Shown here piece after piece: positions 1-8,939 of a DNA stretch of 64,000 bases (position 1 is its first letter; the number at the start of each line of letters is the position of its first letter). The notes beneath the pieces are model-generated. The model was given only the letters and a program-made list of their open reading frames with translations. It searched no databases and was not told the origin of the DNA. The position numbers and the translations under genes are program-made. The stretch comes from Spirochaetales bacterium (GTDB lineage Bacteria; Spirochaetota; GWE2-31-10). The DNA is taken from contig JBNMHA010000001.1 in the NCBI GenBank assembly GCA_050872545.1, positions 4,047 to 68,046 on the forward strand, written 5' to 3'.

Positions 1-338
1 GGCTTGCCGGACTGAAAAAACTTTACGTTCCTGTTCGTCACGGCGAGGGAAAATTTATCACAAAGGATGCGGCAGTACTGGAGCGACTGAAAAAAAACGG
101 TCAAGTTGCGTTGCGTTACACTACAGAAGATGGCAGTGAAACTGTTTATCCTTATAATCCTAACGGTTCCGTTTATGATATTGCCGGCATTACAAATGAA
201 AAAGGAAATGTTTTGGGACTTATGCCGCATCCGGAAGCTTATATTTCAAAAGAGTTGCGTCCAAGATGGACAGAAGGAATTGTTGATGAGCATACGGGGC
301 TTGATATTTTCAAAAACGCCGTTTCATATTTCAAATAA
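1..338 (+). CDS. purQ: FGAM synthase glutamine amidotransferase domain (PurQ/PurL C-terminal fragment; 5' end outside the window)
   Basis: The frame is open from the window edge (frame 3) to TAA at 336-338. Translation contains HGEGKF and [10 protein letters not shown], which are characteristic of the class-I GATase of phosphoribosylformylglycinamidine synthase. Confidence 0.7.
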   Translation, partial: LAGLKKLYVPVRHGEGKFITKDAAVLERLKKNGQVALRYTTEDGSETVYPYNPNGSVYDIAGITNEKGNVLGLMPHPEAYISKELRPRWTEGIVDEHTGLDIFKNAVSYFK

Positions 339-360
339 CATGTTTTAATCTATTTAATTT

Positions 361-407
361 GGCTGTTCCGGAAGTACGAAAAACTTCACTGGAACAGCCT
401 TTTTTTA
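361..407 (+). terminator. Rho-independent terminator after the purQ fragment
   Basis: Hairpin GGCTGTTCC...GGAACAGCC (9-bp stem) followed by a T7 run, directly after the stop at 338. It also lies at the 3' end of the convergent minus-strand operon. Confidence 0.5.
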
Positions 408-410
408 TTT

Positions 411-575
411 CGTTAAAACTTAACACAAAGAGCGATTGCTGCACCGTTCGGCGTTGCCTGTTGTCTGTGGCTTCTGCCACACGAAAGTTCACCTTTGTTC
501 CCGGAAGTCAGCCCAATGTCTACCGAAAATCGGTTCATTTCACCTTTCAGCCAAGCCCTTGCACCTAATGCCCCG
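411..575 (-). repeat. Conserved 3'-end module, copy 1 of 4 (~165 nt, ~95% nucleotide identity), covering the last ~47 codons, the stop and the intergenic linker
   Basis: Direct comparison with the segments at 1327-1490, 2109-2275 and 3023-3190. Confidence 0.85.
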
Positions 576-1318
576 AACATGAACGATAAGCCAGTACTGC
601 TTACCAAACCGCCAAAAATAGAAAGTGCTCCGCCTAAAACTCGAATAGAATAAGTTGATGAATCTGATTTCCTTAGATTTTCTTCTATCACGCCTAAATG
701 TGTACCTGTAAATAATATTATTCCGCTTATAAACATAGGAACAAAACATCCTCCAACTACACCAAAAGAAATTGCTATTCTCTTGTATAATTTCAGGTGT
801 TTGTTTGAAAGATTGATAAAACGTTCTTTATCTTTAATTTCTCCATTTTGACAAACATCATCTCCTATAATGCTGAATATAATTCCACTCACCAAAAATA
901 CTTGAGAAATAAAAACGGGAAATAGTCCAAAGAAGAAAGTAAAAGGCAGCAAAATTGTACTCATATTCGGGGTTTCAACATCAAAGCATATCTTTTCCCA
1001 CCATTTTGGAATAACGTGATAAGCATATCCTACCGACGCAACTGTATAAGGAACAGACAATGCCAATGAAGTAAATCCTAAAAAACGAGTAGCATGACCT
1101 CTTATTATTTTATATTCTGGAGTTCTTCGCAATGCTCTGCGTTTATTTCGTGCATTACGTCTTTCTTGACGTTCCTGCTTTCTTATTTTTTTATAATCAT
1201 TTTCTATTGAAAAATCTGGTACTGCATTTTCTATTTCCGGCAAATTTTCTGTTTTTTCATTAGCGAAAAAACTTAATGTGCAAAAAAGTAAAACTGTTAT
1301 TAAAATCAATCGCTTCAT
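413..1318 (-). CDS. Polytopic membrane protein, paralog type A (copy 1): signal peptide, Arg/Lys-rich segment, 4-5 TM helices, conserved hydrophilic C-tail
   Basis: ORF of 301 aa. Its N-terminal 40 aa and C-terminal ~50 aa (...AWLKGEMNRFSVDIGLTSGNKGELSCGRSHRQQATPNGAAIALCVKF) are near-identical to the ORF at 2112..3014, while the core diverges. An 11-nt gap separates it from the upstream gene. Confidence 0.6.
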   Translation of the reverse strand: MKRLILITVLLFCTLSFFANEKTENLPEIENAVPDFSIENDYKKIRKQERQERRNARNKRRALRRTPEYKIIRGHATRFLGFTSLALSVPYTVASVGYAYHVIPKWWEKICFDVETPNMSTILLPFTFFFGLFPVFISQVFLVSGIIFSIIGDDVCQNGEIKDKERFINLSNKHLKLYKRIAISFGVVGGCFVPMFISGIILFTGTHLGVIEENLRKSDSSTYSIRVLGGALSIFGGLVSSTGLSFMFGALGARAWLKGEMNRFSVDIGLTSGNKGELSCGRSHRQQATPNGAAIALCVKF

Positions 1319-1326
1319 TTCTGTCT

Positions 1327-1490
1327 CCGTTAGAACTTAACGCAAAGAGCAATCGCTGCACCGTTCGGCGTTATTTGTTGTCTGCGGCTTCTGTCACACG
1401 AAAGTTCGCCTTTATTCCCGGAAGTCAACCCAATGTCTACTGAAAGTCGGTTCGTTTGCCCTTTCAGCCAAGCAGACATTGCGAGACTGG
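1327..1490 (-). repeat. Conserved 3'-end module, copy 2 of 4
   Basis: Nucleotide identity to the modules at 411-575, 2109-2275 and 3023-3190. Confidence 0.85.
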
Positions 1491-2100
1491 TTATCATAAT
1501 CGGAAGAGTAAACAAAGCTGAACTTCCAAATGAAATTAAAATAATTCCAAGAGTAAGCAAATCTTTGTTGTTTTCGTTAAAACAGGCTGCTCCAATTATA
1601 CCGCCGCCAGCTCCTGCAATTGTCAGCCCAACGCCTGTAACAATACCGAATACTAATGCTAATGTTTGCCAAAGTTTTATTCTTGATTTGTAATATTCTG
1701 CCAATTTTTCACTTGAACAATACTGCTGTCTTTTCTGATACAGTTTAACTCCTGTCGACAACATAATTATTCCCGGTATCATAAATCCTAAAGGAATAAC
1801 GCTGAAAAATACCGCATTAAAAAGCCCTAAAGGGAAAACTGTTAATGCAAAATTTATTGATAACGGAACACAGATTAATGACAAAATTCCCGAATGTGCC
1901 AAAAATATGCTTCCTATTGCTGTTCGCCGGATAGCTTTATATGTTTTCACTTCCATTGATTTTTCATCCAAGCGAAATTCCGGCTGTGTTTGCGTATCCT
2001 TTTCTATACAAAACGATGTTTTATCTTCTATTTCATTTGAATATATTTGAATAACCGAAAATATACTTATAAATATTGCTGCAACTAATAACTTGCTCAT
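1330..2100 (-). CDS. Polytopic membrane protein, paralog type B (copy 1)
   Basis: ORF of 256 aa. Its N-terminal ~45 aa (MSKLLVAAIFISIFSVIQIYSNEIEDKTSFCIEKDTQT...) and C-terminal ~60 aa are shared with the ORF at 3026..3799. The hydrophobic core is variable. Confidence 0.6.
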   Translation of the reverse strand: MSKLLVAAIFISIFSVIQIYSNEIEDKTSFCIEKDTQTQPEFRLDEKSMEVKTYKAIRRTAIGSIFLAHSGILSLICVPLSINFALTVFPLGLFNAVFFSVIPLGFMIPGIIMLSTGVKLYQKRQQYCSSEKLAEYYKSRIKLWQTLALVFGIVTGVGLTIAGAGGGIIGAACFNENNKDLLTLGIILISFGSSALFTLPIMITSLAMSAWLKGQTNRLSVDIGLTSGNKGELSCDRSRRQQITPNGAAIALCVKF

Positions 2101-2108
2101 TTCTGCCT

Positions 2109-2275
2109 CCGTTAAAACTTAACACAAAGAGCGATCGCTGCACCGTTCGGCGTTGCATGTTGTCTGCGGCTTCTGTCACACGAAAGTTCGCCTTTGTTCC
2201 CGTAAATCAGCCCAATGTCTACCGAAAGTCGGTTCATTTCACCTTTCAGCCAAGCCCTCGCACCTAATGCCCCGA
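2109..2275 (-). repeat. Conserved 3'-end module, copy 3 of 4
   Basis: Nucleotide identity to the other three copies. Confidence 0.85.
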
Positions 2276-3014
2276 ACATGAATGAGAATCCAAGTCCGGA
2301 AAATATTGTTCCTAAAGTTGTAAGAATTACACCGGATTGTAAGTTAAGAGTGTCTTGATATACTGTTCCACATTTTATTCCGCAAAGTATTCCAATTCCA
2401 CCAGCAAACATTGGGATAAATAATGTTCCAAATACAGCACCAACAATCGTAATGCTGCGAAATATTTTAGATAATTTGATTGAGACTATTTTAAATTGGG
2501 TTTCATCGATTTTTTCTATATTACGTTTTTTATAATATTTGCCGTATGCCAAACTTAAACCTATTCCCACACCGACAGAAGCAATTCCTAACAAAATAGG
2601 AACACTCAAGAAGATAAAAAACAAGGAATATGCAATCCCCCAACTCCAATCGTATGATGATGTGACATCAAATCCGGAATCAAAAAAAAATGCAGCAGCA
2701 GAAGCAAGCGGAATCATTACATGATAGATATAACCTGCTGTCAAAATAGTTGCCGGAACAGAAAAAACTGATGTTGTGACTGCACCAAAAACAATTAAAG
2801 AACTTTTTAACATTTTGTATTCTGCTGTTCTTTTTAAAGCTCTTTTTTCTCGTCGTCTCTCCAATTTTTCTTGCCGCCAAATTTCTCGCTGTTCATTTTC
2901 TATTGAAAAATCTGGTACTGCATTTTCTATTTCCGGCAACGCTTCAGCTTTTTCATTAGCGAAAAAACTTAGTGTGCAAAAAAGTAAAATTGTTATTAAA
3001 ATTAATCGTTTCAT
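2112..3014 (-). CDS. Polytopic membrane protein, paralog type A (copy 2)
   Basis: ORF of 300 aa, mosaic relative to 413..1318 (conserved termini, divergent core). Confidence 0.6.
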   Translation of the reverse strand: MKRLILITILLFCTLSFFANEKAEALPEIENAVPDFSIENEQREIWRQEKLERRREKRALKRTAEYKMLKSSLIVFGAVTTSVFSVPATILTAGYIYHVMIPLASAAAFFFDSGFDVTSSYDWSWGIAYSLFFIFLSVPILLGIASVGVGIGLSLAYGKYYKKRNIEKIDETQFKIVSIKLSKIFRSITIVGAVFGTLFIPMFAGGIGILCGIKCGTVYQDTLNLQSGVILTTLGTIFSGLGFSFMFGALGARAWLKGEMNRLSVDIGLIYGNKGELSCDRSRRQHATPNGAAIALCVKF

Positions 3015-3022
3015 TTCTGCCT

Positions 3023-3190
3023 CCGTTAAAACTTAACGCAAAGAGCGATTGCTGCACCGTTCGGCGTTGCCTGTTGTCTGTGGCTTCTGTCACACGAAAG
3101 TTCGCCTTTATTCCCAGAAGTCAGCCCAATGTCTACAAAAAACCGATTCATTTCACCTTTCAGCCAAGCAGACATTGCGAGACTGGTTAT
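3023..3190 (-). repeat. Conserved 3'-end module, copy 4 of 4
   Basis: Nucleotide identity to the other three copies. Confidence 0.85.
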
Positions 3191-3799
3191 CATAATCGGA
3201 AGAGTTGAAAACACACTTCCACTTCCCACGAATGTAAAAATATTACCTAAGATTCCGTAAGTCGGATTGCTCACTGAAGCAAATAAACTTACGCAAATTA
3301 ATCCTATTCCAGCCAATGCTATCCCTCCACTGCATGAACAAATAATTCCAGATACAATTGCTGATGTCTTTAGTTTCATCAATTTTTTTGTAATAAACGG
3401 CTGCAATTTTTCTAAATGCATATACGAATGCTTGTATTTTTTTATCCCAGAAGACAATAAAACACTGCCCGAGATTAATGTTCCTAATAACCCACCCACA
3501 GATAAACATGTTAATGTTGCACTTAAAACAATTGAACTTATTGAACGCAAATCTGTTAGTAAAAAAACATCAGTCACCGCACAAACATTGAATATTGTTG
3601 TTGCGCTACCTATTAGGATTGCTCCGGCATGAATTTTATTTATTTGGTTTACTAAAATTTTTTCATCCAAGCGAAATTCCGGATGAGTTTGTGTATCCTT
3701 TTCTATACAAAACGATGTTTTATCTTCTATTTCATTTGAATATATTTGAATAACCGAAAATATACTTATAAATATTGCTGCAACTAATAACTTGCTCAT
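3026..3799 (-). CDS. Polytopic membrane protein, paralog type B (copy 2)
   Basis: ORF of 257 aa, mosaic relative to 1330..2100. Confidence 0.6.
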   Translation of the reverse strand: MSKLLVAAIFISIFSVIQIYSNEIEDKTSFCIEKDTQTHPEFRLDEKILVNQINKIHAGAILIGSATTIFNVCAVTDVFLLTDLRSISSIVLSATLTCLSVGGLLGTLISGSVLLSSGIKKYKHSYMHLEKLQPFITKKLMKLKTSAIVSGIICSCSGGIALAGIGLICVSLFASVSNPTYGILGNIFTFVGSGSVFSTLPIMITSLAMSAWLKGEMNRFFVDIGLTSGNKGELSCDRSHRQQATPNGAAIALCVKF

Positions 3800-3811
3800 T
3801 TCTGCCTCCTG

Positions 3812-6800
3812 TTAATCAAAAAGATTAATTAATTTATCATTCATTAAATTAGAATCTATTTCATTCATAGCATCATTAAATACACAATAAATTCTAGTAG
3901 TTTGATGATCATAAAAACCATCCCATCCAAATGTAAAAGAATTTTCCAAAGGAATTGCTTTTTCGATTTGATACCAGTATTTCTCAATATTTTTGTCGTA
4001 ATAACTACGCCCTGCACCAGAAATAAATCCATCAATACTAATATTATTTGAGAAATCAACAAAGTGAGCTTCATCTCTGTAAAGAATATGGATTTCTTGA
4101 GAAATCTTACATGCTGCTAATCGAATTAACTGAACAGTTAAATATGTAAAATCTAAAAAAGTTACAGCTAGCGCAATCTGAAGTGCAATTTCCCAAGAAT
4201 AATTATAAGGCGGAATAATTCCATCATCAAAAGCCGGCGGAACAATTTCATCATCATTACTATAAAAATTGTACATTTTTACCTTTTTGTCGCCGCTGAG
4301 TGAATTAAATGTCTTATTCGGAAACTTAAAGCAATCTCTGTTAGATTTTTCGTTGTCTCCTATATCTGCTGTACTTGTTCCTACGCCGTTCAGTCCTACT
4401 ACAAATGGGATTTCACTCGCAAACTTTTCCATTTTGTCAGTTTGCAGATTGTGCATTGTGATGTTATTCACCGTTACACCGTGCGAATGCCCTATAAGTA
4501 TTATTTGAGACGCTCGGCAGTAAAAAAGGTTTGCCGCTACTCTGTCGTATATAAATTTTTCCAGTGCTTCGGCTGCCGCGTCACGGTATTCATAATTGTT
4601 TTCGCCCGACCAGTTGAAGTAATACGCTTTGTCATTTTGCGAATAATCCAAATTCAAAGCTTTTGCTACAGACGGCTGTTTAAAAAATTTTGCGGTATTT
4701 CCTTCACCGTTTTCGCAAAACATGTAATAGTTTCCATGCTGTTTAGCTTCAGTTACCCACTTATAAAAAAGCGTTCCATGTGTAAATATTACTATTCTGC
4801 TTGTAGGTACATCGTCAAGTTCCGATAAAAACTCCCGGCTGTCATCAGCTTCTTCCGTTACTTCAAACTTTACCACACTGTAATCTTTATACAATTTGTA
4901 CGTATAACTTGTAGTTACGCCTTGGCTGTCTTTTTGTGAACTGACATAAAGAGCCCAATATCCTTCGGTAGCTTTCCTTAAATCTTCCCTAAATGTGTCA
5001 TGCTCATAACCGCTTCCGTTGCTGGATGATGTATGTGATTTCATGTGAATGGAAACAGTTTTCACATATCTAAAATATGACGTACACAATTCATTGCCAT
5101 TTTTATCTAAAAGCGGAACACCTTTTACAAACTTTTTTGTAGGAATATACGGCTGTCCGTTTTTTTGCAGGTAGTATTCGGTATCGCCAATGCGAAAAAG
5201 ATTATTTGAATGAGGTTCACCGCTTTGGTAACAGGCATTCCGCACTGCATTTTCAGTCGCTGCAATTCTGAATTCGCCGACATTGTTTGAAAAAATTGCC
5301 GGAGTCTGCGGTACTTCTATTCTTACTTCCGGTTCATCCGCATCAATAAAATACATATCATTTTCAGGTTCTTTCTGTTCCACTCCGGCAAAGTCCGCCA
5401 GTTTCGCCACAATCTGCATTGCGGTTTCATTTGCCTTTATGTAATCATTATCCCGAAATGTTTTTTGCAGTTTTTTTGTGTCATCAAGCAAATCAATTTG
5501 TTTCCTTGTATCTTCATCCGCCGCCAAACTGACAAGGCGCGAAGTCAATTCCCACAACGTTATGCCCTCTGCACGCCGTACACTGCTTACGTTAGTTGAA
5601 ACTCCTATTAAATCAAAAGTTACTTCCTCATCACGGTCTGCATTTACAAGATACGGAAAACTCAATGTCATATTCGCACCGGCAGCCAATTCTACAGATG
5701 TAGATTTTAAATCCATTTGGACAAACGACGGAATATTTTCAAAACGCAGACATATCACATCAGTTTGCTTTGCATTATTTGTAACTGTTACTTTTATCTG
5801 GCTTTTTACACCTTTAGTGTAATAACCGACATTTGATTGAATCGAAAAATCGGCATCTACAACATTCAGTTTAATGACATGTTCACGTTTTACTTTAGGA
5901 TTGTTTGCCGAACTGCAAATTATCTTTACTTCAGTACTTTTCTTTTCAGTAAGCTTCACTGCAACTTCTATTGTTTCATGAGATTTTCCGTTTAATGCAG
6001 CTGTATTTTTAGATAACTTAACTTGGGCAAAATCAGAATCCGCACTGATAAAATATGAATCCTTAATATCCGTATTATTATGAATTACGATCGATGTTAA
6101 AATTTCTGCATTCAACGGCAATGACAATGAAGAATTTCCAGATATTGTGAAATCCGCATTGCTTGGATTAAACGTAATAGTAAAACTCTGCTTTTGCGCT
6201 GGATTGTTCACTGATGTCAAAGTAATTACTGCTTCTTTTGATGACGTTTCGTTTAGTTTCGCTTCCAATACAAGACTTTTGCTTTCACCGGATTTCACAG
6301 CAAATAAATTTGTCTCGGCTGATATTTCAAGACCAACGGATGGTTCTGTTTCTACTTTGTACGTATCATCAACATCACCATTATTTGTTATATTCAGTGT
6401 CTGCCGAGTACTTTCATTCACTGCTACAAACAACGCATTATTTCCAGATATTGTGAAATCCACGTTACTTGGATTAAACGTAATAATGAAACTTTGTTTC
6501 TGTGCCGGATTGTTCACTGATGTCAAAGTAATTACTGCTTCTTTTGATGATGTTTCGTTTAGTTTCGCTTCCAGCGCAAGACTTTTGCTTTCACCGGATT
6601 TCACGGCAAATAAATTTGTCTCGGCTAATATTTCAAGACCAGCGGATGATTCTGTTTCTACTTTGTACGTATCATCAACATCGCCGTTATTTGTTATGTT
6701 CAGTGTCTGCCGAGTACTTTCGTTCACCGCAACAAACAGCGCATTATTTCCAGATATTGTGAAATCCGCATTGCTCGGGTTAAACGTAATGGTAAAACTC

Positions 6801-8392
6801 TGCTTTTGCGCTGGATTGTTTACTGATGTCAAAGTAATTACTGCTTCTTTTGATGATGTTTCGTTTAGTTTCGCTTCCAGTGCAAGGCTTTTGCTTTCAC
6901 CGGATTTCACTGCAAATAAATTTGTCTCGGCTGATATTTCAAGACCGGCGGATGATTCTGTTTCTACTTTGTACGTATCATCAACATCGCCGTTATTTGT
7001 TATATTTAGCGTCTGCCGAGTACTTTCATTCACCGCAACAAACAACGCATTATTTCCAGATATTGAAAAATCCGCATTGCTTGGGTTAAACGTAATAATG
7101 AAACTCTGCTTTTGTGCCGGATTGTTTACAGATGTCAAAGTAATTACTGCTTCTTTTGATGATGTTTCGTTTAGTTTCGCTTCCAGTGCAAGACTTTTGC
7201 TTTCACCGGATTTCACTGCAAATAAATTTGTCTCGGCTAATATTTCAAGACCAACGGATGGTTCTGTTTCTACTTTGTACGTATCATCAACATCGCCGTT
7301 ATTTGTTATATTTAGCGTCTGCCGAGTGCTTTCATTCACCGCAACAAACAGCACATTATTTCCAGATATTGTGAAATCCACGTTACTTGGATTAAACGTA
7401 ATGGTAAAACTCTGCTTTTGCGCCGGATTGTTCACTGATGTCAAAGTAATTACTGCTTCTTTTGATGACGTTTCGTTTAGTTTCGCTTCCAGTGCAAGGC
7501 TTTTGCTTTCACCGGATTTCACGGCAAATAAATTTGTCTCGGCTGATATTTCAAGACCGACGGATGATTCTGTTTCAACTTTGTATGTATCATCAACATC
7601 GCCATTATTTGTTATGTTCAGTGTCTGCTGAGTACTTTCATTCACTGCTACAAACAGCGCATTATTTCCAGATATTGTGAAATCCGCGTTACTTGGATTA
7701 AACGTAATGGTAAAACTACAGTTTTCATTTGAATCATTTTCCGAAACTGCGGTAATATCGACTTTGCCGATTCTTGATTCCGGCAGCATAACGCTGTAAT
7801 CTACAGTTTCATACTCTCCGGAAGAGATTTTAACTTCAGTTTTTGTCAACGTTAAGCTAACATTTTCACATACCGCCGACAGCGCATATTTATCCGAAAA
7901 TTTTCCGGTATTTCTTACAATGAAATTTCCGGTCAATTGTTTATTCACCGGCAAATACAAAGATGAATCTCCGATTATCTCAACTTTTGCCGGAGTAGAA
8001 ATATCTACAGTCAACAAAATTTCTTTTTTATTCGGACGAAAAGATTCCCCGCCTACGACAAATATAGCTGCCTTGTAACTTCCTTTTTTCAAAGCTTTTA
8101 CGCAAAATATCGCTTCTTTCTTTTCACGTGCATTTACAGAAATTTTTTCTGCAAACTCCAAGTTGAAGCCTTCAGATTTTTCTGCTGACAAATAAAAATC
8201 CTGCGAATAATCCTCTTGATTTTCTATAAATACAGAAAGCAATTGCTCTGTTTCCAACGGCATTTTTTTAAGCAGCTGATTTTCCGACAGTGCAAATTTG
8301 TACTCTCTGTGAGTTTTCACTTCGTTCCATTGTTCCTGCGTACAGCTGAAAATAAACAGCAGCATTATCGACAACAAACTATAGTATTTCAT
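3812..8392 (-). CDS. Giant surface lipoprotein (1526 aa): lipobox, Ig/CARDB-like region, 5.3 near-identical 102-aa tandem repeats, C-terminal alpha/beta-hydrolase (lipase/esterase-like) domain
   Basis: Signal peptide with lipobox IFSC. The unit FTITFNPSN...AQKQS is repeated. The C-terminal region carries HG (FTHGT) and the nucleophile-elbow GHSHG motif typical of lipase/esterase folds. The gene overlaps its neighbours in the operon. Confidence 0.6.
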   Translation of the reverse strand: MKYYSLLSIMLLFIFSCTQEQWNEVKTHREYKFALSENQLLKKMPLETEQLLSVFIENQEDYSQDFYLSAEKSEGFNLEFAEKISVNAREKKEAIFCVKALKKGSYKAAIFVVGGESFRPNKKEILLTVDISTPAKVEIIGDSSLYLPVNKQLTGNFIVRNTGKFSDKYALSAVCENVSLTLTKTEVKISSGEYETVDYSVMLPESRIGKVDITAVSENDSNENCSFTITFNPSNADFTISGNNALFVAVNESTQQTLNITNNGDVDDTYKVETESSVGLEISAETNLFAVKSGESKSLALEAKLNETSSKEAVITLTSVNNPAQKQSFTITFNPSNVDFTISGNNVLFVAVNESTRQTLNITNNGDVDDTYKVETEPSVGLEILAETNLFAVKSGESKSLALEAKLNETSSKEAVITLTSVNNPAQKQSFIITFNPSNADFSISGNNALFVAVNESTRQTLNITNNGDVDDTYKVETESSAGLEISAETNLFAVKSGESKSLALEAKLNETSSKEAVITLTSVNNPAQKQSFTITFNPSNADFTISGNNALFVAVNESTRQTLNITNNGDVDDTYKVETESSAGLEILAETNLFAVKSGESKSLALEAKLNETSSKEAVITLTSVNNPAQKQSFIITFNPSNVDFTISGNNALFVAVNESTRQTLNITNNGDVDDTYKVETEPSVGLEISAETNLFAVKSGESKSLVLEAKLNETSSKEAVITLTSVNNPAQKQSFTITFNPSNADFTISGNSSLSLPLNAEILTSIVIHNNTDIKDSYFISADSDFAQVKLSKNTAALNGKSHETIEVAVKLTEKKSTEVKIICSSANNPKVKREHVIKLNVVDADFSIQSNVGYYTKGVKSQIKVTVTNNAKQTDVICLRFENIPSFVQMDLKSTSVELAAGANMTLSFPYLVNADRDEEVTFDLIGVSTNVSSVRRAEGITLWELTSRLVSLAADEDTRKQIDLLDDTKKLQKTFRDNDYIKANETAMQIVAKLADFAGVEQKEPENDMYFIDADEPEVRIEVPQTPAIFSNNVGEFRIAATENAVRNACYQSGEPHSNNLFRIGDTEYYLQKNGQPYIPTKKFVKGVPLLDKNGNELCTSYFRYVKTVSIHMKSHTSSSNGSGYEHDTFREDLRKATEGYWALYVSSQKDSQGVTTSYTYKLYKDYSVVKFEVTEEADDSREFLSELDDVPTSRIVIFTHGTLFYKWVTEAKQHGNYYMFCENGEGNTAKFFKQPSVAKALNLDYSQNDKAYYFNWSGENNYEYRDAAAEALEKFIYDRVAANLFYCRASQIILIGHSHGVTVNNITMHNLQTDKMEKFASEIPFVVGLNGVGTSTADIGDNEKSNRDCFKFPNKTFNSLSGDKKVKMYNFYSNDDEIVPPAFDDGIIPPYNYSWEIALQIALAVTFLDFTYLTVQLIRLAACKISQEIHILYRDEAHFVDFSNNISIDGFISGAGRSYYDKNIEKYWYQIEKAIPLENSFTFGWDGFYDHQTTRIYCVFNDAMNEIDSNLMNDKLINLFD
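6100..7717 (-). repeat. In-frame tandem repeat array inside the giant lipoprotein gene: 306-bp unit, about 5.3 copies, more than 95% identical
   Basis: Plus-strand shadow ORFs in 6147..7680 recur with a 306-nt period. The protein repeat 'ITFNPSN(A/V)DF(T/S)ISGNN' occurs six times. Confidence 0.9.
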
Positions 8393-8939
8393 TTTCCCTC
8401 CTTATTGTGAAATCAACAACCTTACACTTAATAAAAGGACGATAACTTATTGAACTGACATAACCATTGCCGAAATATGTACTGGCAGATAAACATTGCT
8501 GCACAACAAACGGATAAACAGATAAGGCTTTGTATATTCTGTTATAAAATGAACTTTCCGATTCAGTCACCGGTTCAAATTTTCTGCTAAATGTTATCAA
8601 TTGATTTTCCCGATAGAATATTTCAATTCCGTTGTCTTCACCGTAAACCATACACGGAAGCTTCTTAGGTGTTCTGTTCAATCGATACAAACTGCCGCTT
8701 TCAGAAATAAAAATAAGTTCTTGTTTTGAAAGTCCGTTTACATCGTAAATGTCATTAGCCTGATTTACTAACTTTACAGATGTCAAAGTTTCTTCATCGA
8801 CTTCACTTTCAATTTTTGCCGTATTGTCCACTTGTACTGTAACATTGTCTTCTTCCTGCAAAGTTTTATGGCTTTTCCAAGTACACCCGACATTGATGGC
8901 CACAAAAAGCAGCACAATTATTAACTTAGAAAAAATCAC
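8379..8939 (-). CDS. Hypothetical lipoprotein
   Basis: ORF of 186 aa with signal peptide and Cys (INVGC). Its start and stop overlap the flanking genes, consistent with operon coupling. Confidence 0.5.
   Translation of the reverse strand: MIFSKLIIVLLFVAINVGCTWKSHKTLQEEDNVTVQVDNTAKIESEVDEETLTSVKLVNQANDIYDVNGLSKQELIFISESGSLYRLNRTPKKLPCMVYGEDNGIEIFYRENQLITFSRKFEPVTESESSFYNRIYKALSVYPFVVQQCLSASTYFGNGYVSSISYRPFIKCKVVDFTIRRENEIL

Noticed and set aside
359-3208. Plus-strand 63-78-aa ORFs (359..568, 2076..2267, 2972..3208) with similar sequences.
   Set aside because: They lie antisense to the conserved 3' modules of the membrane-protein paralogs. Their similarity is explained by that nucleotide conservation. 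I flagged them only as a possible antisense element in the findings, not as genes.
6147-7680. Long plus-strand ORF (494 aa) and a series of 72-79-aa plus-strand ORFs with 306-nt periodicity.
   Set aside because: They are antisense shadows of the in-frame tandem repeats of the minus-strand giant lipoprotein gene. Their periodic identity simply mirrors the repeat, and they have no RBS or independent support.
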